A stretch of DNA of 64,000 bases from a candidate division WWE3 bacterium RAAC2_WWE3_1 (GCA_000503835.1 CP006914.1:465680-529679); one strand, 5' to 3'; shown: positions 26,747-37,016, counted from the first letter of the stretch. A program made the numbers and translations. Notes: generated from the letters alone by a model not told the origin.

Positions 26747-29502
26747 TTCCCTTTCTGTGAAAAATCAAATACAAAGAGAGGGCTCAGGTCGGGAATGCTG
26801 TTCGCTATTCCTATTTTGTTAAGCTCCGTTAAATAAAATGGATTGAATTTTACAAACAATGCCGGTCTGACCTCGTTTACGACGGCAGTCAAGTCTCTGT
26901 CAAGGTTGATATCGGCTCCGCTAATTAACGGACCGTCAATTATTAGAGTACCGGGAGAGGATGAACTGGTAGAAGGGTTGTTTTTTACTGTAATATTCCC
27001 GGTGGTTATGATTGACGCACTAACCTGCGATGCTGTGGTTTTAGCGTTTCCTGACGTACTCCCGGAAACCAAACTGCCTATTTCAATATTCCTATCGGCG
27101 ATTATCACAAGACGTCCGCCGGCAGCCGGTGTTAAATCATTTATTACAAAGGTTGTACCCCCGCTTTTAGGCACGACCAAAAATGCCAGTCCGCCCGAAA
27201 CCGTATACGAAAGCCCGTCGGGAATACTATTTACGGTCTTACTAAGTACCGTAACAGAATTTGGTGAATAAGATGCCGGGACGCTGGTTTTAGCCCCCGT
27301 TCCCGCCTTGGCATACAATGCTTCAACCAACGACCTGAGATTTGAACTCAAATATTTATCGTTTTTCTTTCTAAAACTCGAACCTTGGCCTAAATTAGCA
27401 TTGGTTGCAGAAATGTTTGACTCCGAAAGTCTCGAGGGACCTACGGAAATCGATTCACCCGTAAATATCGATGACGAGCCAAGAGAACCGGGCGTAGTTG
27501 ACGGATTGTACCCCAAAGTAAAGTAGGCAGGTGTTTCGGTCGGGTTCGTATATACAGGACAAAGGGGGTTAGTTGCTGTAGTACACGCAACCGGAGGAAG
27601 TGACATTAAAATACTATTCGCATAAACATCGCTTGAGTACGCGGCCGCCCACTTTTTTGCGGTTATTTCGCGAAGTCCTATGTTTATGGTCTGATTTATA
27701 GGTGAGGTGTGTGCGAAATTCGTAGTTGTGAGACCCGTAGCACCGGTATCGGCTATACCATTAACGCAAGCGAGTCTATACACAGGAGGCGAAGCTATGT
27801 TAGACAAAGCCAAATTATTCACGTAACCGTAAACACCGGTAATGCTATACGTATTATTAATGCCGGAAGAACGCCCTGTGTAGTTTGCAGTTATAGTACC
27901 CGATGTCAACGTACCTGATCCGCCGGAAGCCTGATTAGTTGCACAATACGTATCGTTTATTGTAGTTCCGGGTGGTATTTTCCAAACTCTGCCGCTTATG
28001 GTTCTATATACGGGGTTGATAGAAACACTTCTACTGACAACAACGCCGTACTGGTCAGAAACATTAAATGTTAGGTTGCCTGAAACTGCAGTGCTTGGGG
28101 CTACCCACAATACTGGAAATCTTAACGCGCCCCCCCAGGCCATCATTGAATAAGTACTTCCTCCGTTCGACGTGGTAACCGTGCTTGGGCTTATTACGTC
28201 ATAGCCATCATCCGTGTCACCCCTGTCGTATTGAACCCAGCTCGCATTCTCCGCCTCGACGACGTAAGGATACCAATCCCACATCGGGTCGTCTTGAAAA
28301 AAACTCAAGTTGTCTACAAAAATGTCTGTACCCGTCCTTGTTACCGGATCCCATATATCATTTATAAACTCAAAGTCAAAGTGACTATATGTATTAATGT
28401 CTCCCCACGGCAACCCTACATAGAACCACTTTGGCGTCGACGAATCGATAAGAATGTCTGTGGCACCGCCTCTCCATGCATCCGCTATAAGGACCCTCGC
28501 ACCGGTATCTTTTCGCCAGCCATATATCCTTGCAATCGGCCACTGCCCGTTATATTGATTTCCATAAGCTCTAAATTCGATAACAGAGGTTTGCCTTAAA
28601 TTACCCAAACCTGCCGTTAATGTTGAGGGAATCTTTATAGCCCCGTTAGGATCGGGGTCGGTTATGCCGACTTTGACCGGATATACCTCACCCGCCGAGG
28701 TATAACTTATTGACGTCGGGGATAAAGTGACGGTAGGCGGTGTGTTTGGAACGGCCCACCACCACAAATAGTTAGATCCGGTCGTGATGTTTAGTCCAGA
28801 AGCAAGACATCCGCTTCCGGATTTTGCGTCACTTGCAGAGCTACTTGTGCTATAAGACCACCTTACAGTACCGCAGTTAACACTACCGGGTAAAGTCCCA
28901 ACCAAAGTTACATCTTTTGCTCCTGTAACAATATCGTTTGAAACAGAGTATGCCCCTGCCCCATCACACAACCAACCCGTACCGGGGATTACATTGCTCC
29001 CCCCTATTGTATTATTTAAAGTGTCGCTTTTGTATACTGCACACGCGGATGTTGAGTTTGCCCAGGTTTCACCGCTTCCGTTCGGCTGGTTGTCTCTGTT
29101 GTAGTCGGAGAACATTCTGCCGGTGATTTTGCCGTATGTTGGACCTCCACCAGGTTCACTGCCTGATGTAGTACACTTATCACAGGTACCCCAATATTGG
29201 GAGTAGTTAATTTCGCTGCTACACGCTTTAGTGCAATCACCAAAAGCACAACATGTCCAACGTCCACTACATATTATCGCAGTATAACCCGCGTCCGAAC
29301 AAGCAAACGAAGGACAGCCACCGCCGGTATAACAGTAACCATCTTTGCTCATAGTTTCCCACCCGTAATTAGGAATAAAATCATCGCACCCATCACTACA
29401 ATCAGCTCCTACAGCCAAAATCCTACCGGATAAAAAAACGGGAAGAAAAACTAACACCGATAAAAAAAGAAGATGATAAATAAAATACCGATACCTTCCC
29501 AT
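26743..29502 (-). CDS. Large secreted protein: Cys-rich N-terminus, CBM60-like module, conserved C-terminal domain
   Basis: Signal peptide, dense Cys in the first ~110 aa, RAYGNQYNGQWP...FEFINDIWD...DIFVDNL, C-terminal LIIDG/LDRDL/FNPFYL. Overlaps the start of the PilX-like gene. Confidence 0.75.
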   Translation of the reverse strand: MGRYRYFIYHLLFLSVLVFLPVFLSGRILAVGADCSDGCDDFIPNYGWETMSKDGYCYTGGGCPSFACSDAGYTAIICSGRWTCCAFGDCTKACSSEINYSQYWGTCDKCTTSGSEPGGGPTYGKITGRMFSDYNRDNQPNGSGETWANSTSACAVYKSDTLNNTIGGSNVIPGTGWLCDGAGAYSVSNDIVTGAKDVTLVGTLPGSVNCGTVRWSYSTSSSASDAKSGSGCLASGLNITTGSNYLWWWAVPNTPPTVTLSPTSISYTSAGEVYPVKVGITDPDPNGAIKIPSTLTAGLGNLRQTSVIEFRAYGNQYNGQWPIARIYGWRKDTGARVLIADAWRGGATDILIDSSTPKWFYVGLPWGDINTYSHFDFEFINDIWDPVTRTGTDIFVDNLSFFQDDPMWDWYPYVVEAENASWVQYDRGDTDDGYDVISPSTVTTSNGGSTYSMMAWGGALRFPVLWVAPSTAVSGNLTFNVSDQYGVVVSRSVSINPVYRTISGRVWKIPPGTTINDTYCATNQASGGSGTLTSGTITANYTGRSSGINNTYSITGVYGYVNNLALSNIASPPVYRLACVNGIADTGATGLTTTNFAHTSPINQTINIGLREITAKKWAAAYSSDVYANSILMSLPPVACTTATNPLCPVYTNPTETPAYFTLGYNPSTTPGSLGSSSIFTGESISVGPSRLSESNISATNANLGQGSSFRKKNDKYLSSNLRSLVEALYAKAGTGAKTSVPASYSPNSVTVLSKTVNSIPDGLSYTVSGGLAFLVVPKSGGTTFVINDLTPAAGGRLVIIADRNIEIGSLVSGSTSGNAKTTASQVSASIITTGNITVKNNPSTSSSSPGTLIIDGPLISGADINLDRDLTAVVNEVRPALFVKFNPFYLTELNKIGIANSIPDLSPLFVFDFSQKGN

Positions 29503-29580
29503 ACAAATATGCTACACCAAAAAAAATAACACGTAAACGAAATATTTATAATATTACAGAGTCTTCATCAGGCTAATTTT

Positions 29581-30153
29581 CTAGGGTCTTCTAACAAGGA
29601 CACATGTGGAACTTGTAGCTTCACACAACTCTGACGTACATTCTGTATATAACGTATCCCCGAGTTTTACTTCCCTGTTTATATCAAAATTTGCTGAAAC
29701 GAATTCCATATTGTGACTCTTGAATAACGCCGTATCTTCGGGTAAACACCTTAGGGATACTGACCCCATCTCCTGATCTTCACCTGTCCTCACATCTACA
29801 CTACCATTATTTAAACCTGTAATGACAAAAAAGTCGTATTTCGTGTCAACTGGTTCCGCAGGATTTTCATTGGAAACCCAACGTTTCCTAAGCCACTCTT
29901 GGAATTCAATTGCGGCTTGGTTCTTTTGGGAAGTTCCTGTCACAGCCCCAAGGTCGGGATCCATTACATATGAGTTCGTATACACTGAGAACGCCGTACT
30001 TTGGTCGGAACTATTGTCTTCCTGAGAAGTCAAATCACTAAGCCCTAAAGATAAACTTCCATTGTCAATAAAATAAGTAAACAACAAGAACACTAACCCA
30101 ACAATTAAAAAGATTAGAAATGTTACCAAGGCAACTTTCTTGAGTATTTTCAT
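29581..30153 (-). CDS. Hypothetical membrane-anchored protein
   Basis: Single N-terminal TM and four C-terminal Cys. Confidence 0.7.
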   Translation of the reverse strand: MKILKKVALVTFLIFLIVGLVFLLFTYFIDNGSLSLGLSDLTSQEDNSSDQSTAFSVYTNSYVMDPDLGAVTGTSQKNQAAIEFQEWLRKRWVSNENPAEPVDTKYDFFVITGLNNGSVDVRTGEDQEMGSVSLRCLPEDTALFKSHNMEFVSANFDINREVKLGDTLYTECTSELCEATSSTCVLVRRP

Positions 30154-30328
30154 GGTACTAGCACATTCTACACACAAAGAACCTGCAAATTCAATTGCAA
30201 AATACGTACTAAATCTTAATATCTTTTAGCCGCCGCTCATCTACGTCTTACATTTCTGTGGTTAATATAGAAATTCCTTTTAGATTTTCCAAGATTGATT
30301 AGCGTAATTGGCAAAAACCGTGTTATTT

Positions 30329-30365
30329 AAAAAAATGCCGGGAAAATAAACGGATTCCCGGCATT
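30329..30365 (-). terminator. Hairpin/terminator after the 30390 ORF
   Basis: AATGCCGGGAA...TTCCCGGCATT with a U-tract on the minus strand. Confidence 0.7.
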
Positions 30366-30389
30366 ATTGTAGAACAAAACTACGGGATA

Positions 30390-31043
30390 CTAATTTGTAT
30401 CACCAAAAACAGGCGCCTCGGAAGACATATCGAACTGAGGGCAGTAGGGTTCTGTGTTGGGATTACCTATAATGGAGGCAAACTGAGACCAGCGTTCTTC
30501 CCTGGTTTTTTCATTGACAATTTTGCCATCGATGATTATCGTAAGACCGTACCCCTCACTTAGCTTCTCAAATGCCCACACACAAACATCGTCCGGGTTT
30601 ACTCTTTCCGCCGGACCCGACCAGCTATCAGTAGCCCGACTATACACGAACTCACCATCCAGCAACTGAACAACCTCATCGCCTTCCCGCGGTAGGTGTG
30701 GAAACGAGATGTCCTCCGACCAAAACCAGCTTCCAACGAAACTGATAAACACCCCGACCTCATCGACACTCCATTTTCTCAAACTCTGCGTAGCAGTTTG
30801 GGTCAACGTTGGGTAAGGAGTCGGAGATATCGTTGGTGTACTCGTATTCGTTGGTCTTACCGTGGAAGTTCGTGTTGCAGTTAAAGTCGCAGTCAGTGTT
30901 GGTGGTATTGAGGTGGTTGACGGCAACACTTCGACAATTGCGGTATTTTCAATACCATAGCCATAAGAACGGTTGGCTATGAGATAAACCACCAACAGCA
31001 CCAATAAAAGGATGAGCAAAATCTTAACCATCCTGGCGTTCAT
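30390..31043 (-). CDS. Hypothetical membrane-anchored protein with Thr/Pro-rich linker (ORFan)
   Basis: AGGAGGAGG SD, TM helix, TxT/TP-rich stalk, own promoter TTGTCA-17-TAGTAT near 31104-31132. Confidence 0.7.
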   Translation of the reverse strand: MNARMVKILLILLLVLLVVYLIANRSYGYGIENTAIVEVLPSTTSIPPTLTATLTATRTSTVRPTNTSTPTISPTPYPTLTQTATQSLRKWSVDEVGVFISFVGSWFWSEDISFPHLPREGDEVVQLLDGEFVYSRATDSWSGPAERVNPDDVCVWAFEKLSEGYGLTIIIDGKIVNEKTREERWSQFASIIGNPNTEPYCPQFDMSSEAPVFGDTN

Positions 31044-31270
31044 TTCCTCCTCCTTCTTCTTATGAGTTTTAGGACTGATTGTCCACCGAACCTGATTAGC
31101 CGAATACTAGCACAGACATCACAAAATGACAACGTGTCCCTGCAGTAACAACAAAATGCCATCCCATAACTCAGTATACTGAATCATAGAATGGCATTTA
31201 AAAACTCACGAGAGAGGGAGCAAAATCGAAAAAGGAGAGATAATTTGTCTCCGCCTCGCATTCGCACTTC

Positions 31271-31903
31271 CTATCCCGTTAACGTTCTTGGCCACTGTTG
31301 TTTTCTCGAAGGCGTCGGGCAAAATTTGTTAATATCCACCGACTCTTCAATCATTTCTGCAGCAGCTTTCAGCTCCACATAAAGCGCGGACCAATCGATA
31401 CCCAGGGTCATGAGTTCATCAGCAATAGCGTCGTACCCACCGGGGTATGAATATGCTACAACTGACTGGTCAAACCCCGTATGCTCGGGGGCCAGAGTAC
31501 CGTCCGACATTATGTCGAGCCAGATTGTGTCTGGTTTGAGCATAATTTTGAACGCCGACACAGCACCGATGACAGGGTCACTTTTACCCGGAAGGCCCCG
31601 TTTGCTGAATCTTTCCGCAAAGTTATTAAACTCGGCCTCCAAAAGAAAAGTTCCGCCAGTCAGCCTAACCTGCGATGTCCAGGTTATACGGAGCACCTTA
31701 AGTGGATCACACTCCGTCGTCCACCTCCCCGCGGGGCGAACAGAATTTCCTTTGGCCTGGAATTGGGAACCAGCGTCTTTGGCTTCTACCACAGGTTGTT
31801 CCCTTCCCGATAACGGTACGGGACTCCATGTCGTAAAGAGCAGAAGGAACAGCAAAAAAACCCGCATTGCGCCTAAGAAAAGGTTATTCTTTTTCATTTC
31901 CAA
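31271..31903 (-). CDS. Hypothetical secreted protein (ORFan)
   Basis: Signal-peptide-like N-terminus, GAGGAG SD, TATAAT near 31958-31963. Confidence 0.65.
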   Translation of the reverse strand: MEMKKNNLFLGAMRVFLLFLLLFTTWSPVPLSGREQPVVEAKDAGSQFQAKGNSVRPAGRWTTECDPLKVLRITWTSQVRLTGGTFLLEAEFNNFAERFSKRGLPGKSDPVIGAVSAFKIMLKPDTIWLDIMSDGTLAPEHTGFDQSVVAYSYPGGYDAIADELMTLGIDWSALYVELKAAAEMIEESVDINKFCPTPSRKQQWPRTLTG

Positions 31904-32168
31904 CTCTCCTCTCTCTTTCTCGTAATCCGATTATTATTCGGAAATTGGATGGCTGGATTATACTACTATTTGGCCAAAATGTCGAAATTCATGAGTTCCG
32001 GAAAAAGTGAAGCCCTCTGATAAAAAAAACGGAGAAATAAACCTACTCTCTTACGATACTGCACGTTTCTATCCACGAAGGAAACAGGTTTGATAACGCA
32101 ACCGAAGCTTCATATTCTGAAAGTGTTAGTCGGATAACACAACCCGCGGATATGGCAATTTAGCACAT

Positions 32169-32203
32169 AAAAAATGCCGAGATATGGGGAGAATATCTCG
32201 GCA
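32169..32203 (-). terminator. Hairpin/terminator after the 32210 ORF
   Basis: TGCCGAGATAT...ATATCTCGGCA with a U-tract on the minus strand. Confidence 0.7.
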
Positions 32204-32209
32204 AGTATA

Positions 32210-32713
32210 TCAATCAATTAAAAATTGTCGGCAATTGGGTTTCTTGTCAGTTCCAAGAAGATCGTTAAGGTGTCGCACATAGTCTTCCCTGCTTAACACC
32301 TCTATTACTTCTCCACCGACGTTAAGATGTCTCCCGTAGTCCAGTTTAAAACCGTACTCGTAAAGCCATCCGCACATGTATTCGGGTGTTATGCTGTCCA
32401 CCTCGATAACATGCGAAATCCATTCCGCACAATTTCCCGTACACCCCATCAAGATTGCAAACGTGCCCATTTTAACGTCAGATCCCGGGTAATAACCAGG
32501 GTCTCGAAAGATTGGGTACACAAAGGTGTCCACGAAGAACTCGGCTTCGTATTTTGTCCATGCGCTTTCGACCGCGGTTGAATCCGATACTGGATCCTTT
32601 GCAAAAGAGCCGTCCCCAATATTTAACCCCGAGTAATTGCCCAAAACAGCGTTATTACCAAAAGGAACCATCGATATGGTGAGAACAACGACAAGTACTA
32701 CCAGCCCTTTCAT
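32210..32713 (-). CDS. Hypothetical secreted protein (ORFan)
   Basis: GAGGAGG SD before MKGLVVLVVVL, signal-peptide-like start, four Cys. Confidence 0.65.
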   Translation of the reverse strand: MKGLVVLVVVLTISMVPFGNNAVLGNYSGLNIGDGSFAKDPVSDSTAVESAWTKYEAEFFVDTFVYPIFRDPGYYPGSDVKMGTFAILMGCTGNCAEWISHVIEVDSITPEYMCGWLYEYGFKLDYGRHLNVGGEVIEVLSREDYVRHLNDLLGTDKKPNCRQFLID

Positions 32714-32885
32714 CTCAGTCCCTCCTCTCATTTCATAGTTATCTTATTTGTTGGTTTTTAGGGATTCTTCACTAGCAGTATAATATTTGGTTCATAAAAT
32801 TACAACTACAGGTTACCGCGTTTAATCAGGTGTGGAAAGCAAAAATGGGCAACAATGCAATAAAAATCAAAATACCGACCGGAAG

Positions 32886-35054
32886 TTAAGCTATACTGTC
32901 CACCGACTCCTTATCCCCATCTTTTTCACTATCTTCCCCATTGCCGCTCGCCACAGCCACAGGATTCTTCCAACTCTTCCAGTCACAATCCGGGTATCTA
33001 CTACACCCATAAAACTCTTTCCACTTAGCTTTTTTCCTAACCACATCGCCCTCCCCGCACTTCGGACATTTCATCCCAACCTTGTCCATGTATGGCTTGG
33101 TATTTTTACACTTGGGATAATTACTGCAGGCCAAAAACTTGCCGAATCGACCCTGTTTCAGCACCATCACACCGTCTTCGCACTTATCACATTTTCCGAA
33201 ATCTTCGTCCTCTCCCCCCGCACCGTTCAAAGGTTCTAAAGGTTTAGCATATTTGCAATCAGGATAGCCCGAACAGCTTAAAAACTTTCCGAACTTACCC
33301 AGTTTAAAAACCAAAACGCGGCCGCATTCCGGGCATTTTTCTTCGCTCTCCCCCAAATTCGTAACGTCCCTTTTATTTAATTCTTTGTCCTTTTCGCTGA
33401 TTTTTTTCTCAAACGGTTTATAAAATTCGCGGATAACCGGCACCCACTCCACTTTTCCTTCTGCCACTTTGTCCAGGCTCTCTTCCATCAAGGCCGTAAA
33501 GTTGTAATCAACAATCTCCGGAAAATGCGCCACTAAAAGGTCAACGACCACATAGGCTACGTCGTTCGGATAGAAATATCTGCCTTCGCGTAAAACATAT
33601 TTACGATCCTGAATGGTGGAAAGTGTAGGTGCATAAGTTGATGGGCGACCGACACCCAATTCTTCCATTTTTTTAATCAGACTTGCATCGTTATATCTAG
33701 CCGGGGGCTGGGTAAAATGCTGTTCATTTTTTATCTCCAAAAGCTTCATTTTTGTTCCTTCGGCTAATTCAGGAAGGATACTAGAGGTTTCCTCTTCGTC
33801 CTCTTTCACTCCTACCATCTTTGATACGGCCAACCACCCCTCGAACAACACAACAGACCCCGAAGTCTTGAAAATATACCCATCGCCCGAACCTATAGAC
33901 AATGATGTCTGTTCATATATAGATGGATTCATCTGGCATTCTAGACTTCTCAACCAGATTATCGAGTATGTTTTGAACTCATCTCCTGCCAGCCCTATAC
34001 TTTTCGAGGGTATCGCATGTGCCGAAGTAGGACGAATTGCTTCGTGTGCTTCCTGGGCATTAGCTGACTTTGTCTTATATAGGTTAGGTGTACTTGGTAA
34101 ATACCCCTCTCCGAACCGTTTTTTTATCAGTTCCCGTGCTTCATTGATAAACTGTGGGGAAAGGCTCAGTGAATCTGTTCTGTGGTAAGTTATATAACCT
34201 TTTTCAAACAAACCCTGAGCTGCCCGCATGGTTTTTTTGGCGTTAAACCCATATATATTGGCCATTGCCTGTTGGAGAGTGGAGGTCTTGAAAGGAGGAT
34301 AGGGGTTCTTTTTTCTTTCGGATTTTTTCAGGGAAGTAACGGCGTAAGTTCCTTTTAGGGCTCCGGCTTTAATTTCCTCTGCCTGCTCTCCATTACTTAT
34401 TTCGACTTTTTTTCCTTTAATTTCAGATAACTCCGCCCAAATCTTTTTTTTGCTTCCGTTTTGAAATTCTCCCAGAACGCCCCAGTACTCTTCGGGGTTA
34501 AACGCGTGCCTTTCTCTTTCACGTTCCACAACCAATCGCACGGCGACGCTTTGAACACGGCCTGCCGATAAACCGTACATAACTTTTTTCCATAATAAAG
34601 GGGACAATTTGTAGCCTACCAACCTGTCCAGCACACGGCGTGCCTGCTGAGCATCAACCAAATCCAAATCTATTTCGCCGGGATTTTTAAACGCCCCGTC
34701 AATTGCTTCTTTAGTTAATTCGTGAAAAACCACACGTGAAAAAACTCTGGTGTCCTTTTTACCACGCAAAAGCTCCTCCAGGTGCCACGCTATCGCCTCC
34801 CCTTCTCTGTCCGGATCTGTCGCCAACACAATTTCTTCCGCCTCTTTCGCAGTTTTTTTCAGATCGGTCAGAACTTTTTTAGCTTTAGAGGGAACCTCAT
34901 ATACGGGCGCAAAATCTTTTTCCACATCTACACCCAGGCCGCTTTTAGGAAGATCCCTAATGTGGCCCATCGAGGCTTTTATGCTGTAAGACTGGGGTAA
35001 AATCTTGGACAGCGTCTTTGCTTTTGTAGGCGACTCAACAATTACCAGTTTCAT
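32886..35054 (-). CDS. topA: DNA topoisomerase I
   Basis: IVESPTKAK, ATDPDREGEAI, SAGRVQS, ITYHRTDS, GRPSTYA, three C4 zinc ribbons. Confidence 0.98.
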   Translation of the reverse strand: MKLVIVESPTKAKTLSKILPQSYSIKASMGHIRDLPKSGLGVDVEKDFAPVYEVPSKAKKVLTDLKKTAKEAEEIVLATDPDREGEAIAWHLEELLRGKKDTRVFSRVVFHELTKEAIDGAFKNPGEIDLDLVDAQQARRVLDRLVGYKLSPLLWKKVMYGLSAGRVQSVAVRLVVERERERHAFNPEEYWGVLGEFQNGSKKKIWAELSEIKGKKVEISNGEQAEEIKAGALKGTYAVTSLKKSERKKNPYPPFKTSTLQQAMANIYGFNAKKTMRAAQGLFEKGYITYHRTDSLSLSPQFINEARELIKKRFGEGYLPSTPNLYKTKSANAQEAHEAIRPTSAHAIPSKSIGLAGDEFKTYSIIWLRSLECQMNPSIYEQTSLSIGSGDGYIFKTSGSVVLFEGWLAVSKMVGVKEDEEETSSILPELAEGTKMKLLEIKNEQHFTQPPARYNDASLIKKMEELGVGRPSTYAPTLSTIQDRKYVLREGRYFYPNDVAYVVVDLLVAHFPEIVDYNFTALMEESLDKVAEGKVEWVPVIREFYKPFEKKISEKDKELNKRDVTNLGESEEKCPECGRVLVFKLGKFGKFLSCSGYPDCKYAKPLEPLNGAGGEDEDFGKCDKCEDGVMVLKQGRFGKFLACSNYPKCKNTKPYMDKVGMKCPKCGEGDVVRKKAKWKEFYGCSRYPDCDWKSWKNPVAVASGNGEDSEKDGDKESVDSIA

Positions 35055-35138
35055 AAGCAGTTATAGAATAACATTTTTGAGTATAGCACAAGCCCGTTGC
35101 CTGACTCAGAAACCCCGCAATAGTGGTAAAATATGTGC

Positions 35139-35675
35139 ATGGCAATTAGAAAAATCGTAACAATACCTGATCCGGTGCTTCGCGTAAAAGCCAAAAAGGT
35201 GAGCAGTGTCGGGGAAGAGGAAAAAAAGCTGGCTCAGGACCTGCTGGACACGTTAAAGGTAGCAAAAGACCCGGAAGGCGCCGGGATAGCCGCAACTCAG
35301 ATCGGCGTTTCCAAAAAGATGTGCGTCGTAAGAAATTTTTTCCCGGACCCTGCCAAAAATGGCGAGTACGCCTATGAGGATTATGTTCTGATTAATCCTA
35401 AAATAGGCAGTGCGTCCAAAGAAACAGAAATTGACTATGAGGGGTGTCTGAGTGTCCCAAATACATACGGTAAAGTTGAACGCTACAAAAAAATAAAGGT
35501 CGACGCTTTGGATATTTCAGGAGAAAGAATAAAAATAAAAGCCCAGGATTTTTTTGCAAGGACAATTCAACATGAAATAGACCACCTCGAGGGTATTCTT
35601 TTTACCGACAGAGTCATAGGAAACGTACTTACAGAACAGGAAATGGATGTCATGTACGCAGAGGAGGAAAAGTGA
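35139..35675 (+). CDS. def: Peptide deformylase
   Basis: GAGIAATQIG, EGCLSV, QHEIDHLEG. Confidence 0.97.
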   Translation: MAIRKIVTIPDPVLRVKAKKVSSVGEEEKKLAQDLLDTLKVAKDPEGAGIAATQIGVSKKMCVVRNFFPDPAKNGEYAYEDYVLINPKIGSASKETEIDYEGCLSVPNTYGKVERYKKIKVDALDISGERIKIKAQDFFARTIQHEIDHLEGILFTDRVIGNVLTEQEMDVMYAEEEK

Positions 35676-36610
35676 AAAAACTGAAATTGGCCTTTTTTGG
35701 AACCTCGGACAGGTCGCTTGCCATTCTGGAAAACCTTCATAACAATTTTTCTTTGGTTCTGTGTGTGACTAAAAGCGATACAAAAGTAGGAAGGAACAGG
35801 GAACTAAGAGAAACCGCCGTTAAAAAATGGGCACGGGAACAGGGCATTAAGTACGTAGAAATAAGGTCGCTGAGAGATTATGACCTGAGAACGGTTCTGG
35901 AAAACCTTCAAAAATACAAACCCGACTACGGCGTAGTCGCCGATTTTAGCTACATTATCCCCGAAGATATAATAAAATTTTTCGCGGGAAAATTAATAAA
36001 CATCCACTTCTCTCTCCTGCCTAAATACCGCGGTGCGAGCCCCGTACAATTTGCGATTTTAAACGGGGATGAAACAACGGGTGTTACCTACCAACTTATT
36101 AGCAAACGTATGGATGCGGGTGATATCCTTAGCCAAATAGGTTATAAGATGAACCAAACCGAAACTTCTGGCGAACTCTATGAAACTCTTTTTCACGTGG
36201 CCGCAGATAAACTCCCGGATGTTATCCTCGGTCACTATTCGGGAAGCATAAAACCCATGCCTCAAAACGAGGATAACGCGACGTATACCTTTTCCAGAAC
36301 CCACCCCCACAACACATTTATATTTAAGGAAGACGGCTTGATTAATTGGAAAAACGACCCAAAAAGTATCGACCAAAAAATAAGGGCGTTTAACCCATGG
36401 CCCATTGCCTGGACTTATCTAAAGGACATCCAGGAAGCCGGGTGCCTTACCCGGGGAAAAATTAAGCTTAGAGAACACATCGACGGCGAGTTAACCGTAA
36501 AAATATACTCGGCACATTTGGAAAAGGACAAATTATCTATAGACGAGTTGCAGGTTGAAGGTAAAAAAATAATGTCCTGGAAAGAGTTTGAGAACGGGTA
36601 TGTAGTCTAA
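35672..36610 (+). CDS. fmt: Methionyl-tRNA formyltransferase
   Basis: AFFGT, NIHFSLLPKYRGASP, MDAGDI, IRAFNPWP; def-fmt order. Confidence 0.95.
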   Translation: MKKLKLAFFGTSDRSLAILENLHNNFSLVLCVTKSDTKVGRNRELRETAVKKWAREQGIKYVEIRSLRDYDLRTVLENLQKYKPDYGVVADFSYIIPEDIIKFFAGKLINIHFSLLPKYRGASPVQFAILNGDETTGVTYQLISKRMDAGDILSQIGYKMNQTETSGELYETLFHVAADKLPDVILGHYSGSIKPMPQNEDNATYTFSRTHPHNTFIFKEDGLINWKNDPKSIDQKIRAFNPWPIAWTYLKDIQEAGCLTRGKIKLREHIDGELTVKIYSAHLEKDKLSIDELQVEGKKIMSWKEFENGYVV

Positions 36611-36855
36611 ACCCGAGCTTGCGCTGTTGCCTGTACCAAAGCCAAATTTGCTTCTTTTATATCCTTTTTAAGTCTTTTTAAGCAGGATGCGCAGATGGTC
36701 ACTCTGACCATTCGTCCGTTTATCTCAAGCCTTTTGCTTCTTAAATTAGCTTTTCTCCTGGTCAGGGTCCTTCGGGTAACACGATTACCTACCCCTCTCG
36801 GGACTAAGTTTCCTTGCTGATAGGTTTTGCCGCAAAAATCACACATTCTTGACAT
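36607..36855 (-). CDS. rpmB: 50S ribosomal protein L28
   Basis: MSRMCDFCGK...ANL...ICASCLK. Confidence 0.92.
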   Translation of the reverse strand: MSRMCDFCGKTYQQGNLVPRGVGNRVTRRTLTRRKANLRSKRLEINGRMVRVTICASCLKRLKKDIKEANLALVQATAQARV

Positions 36856-37016
36856 AACGTAGTGAATTAAATCATACAAGCCGTTGTTATGTCAACGACA
36901 GAAAAATAGAGGGTATGCTGAAGATTGGGGGGGGGGGCGGAAAGACTAAACCGGAGGTTGTGAAATAAATATCATTTTTTCACAGATCCCCCGGCTTTAT
37001 AAGGCAAATACCATTT

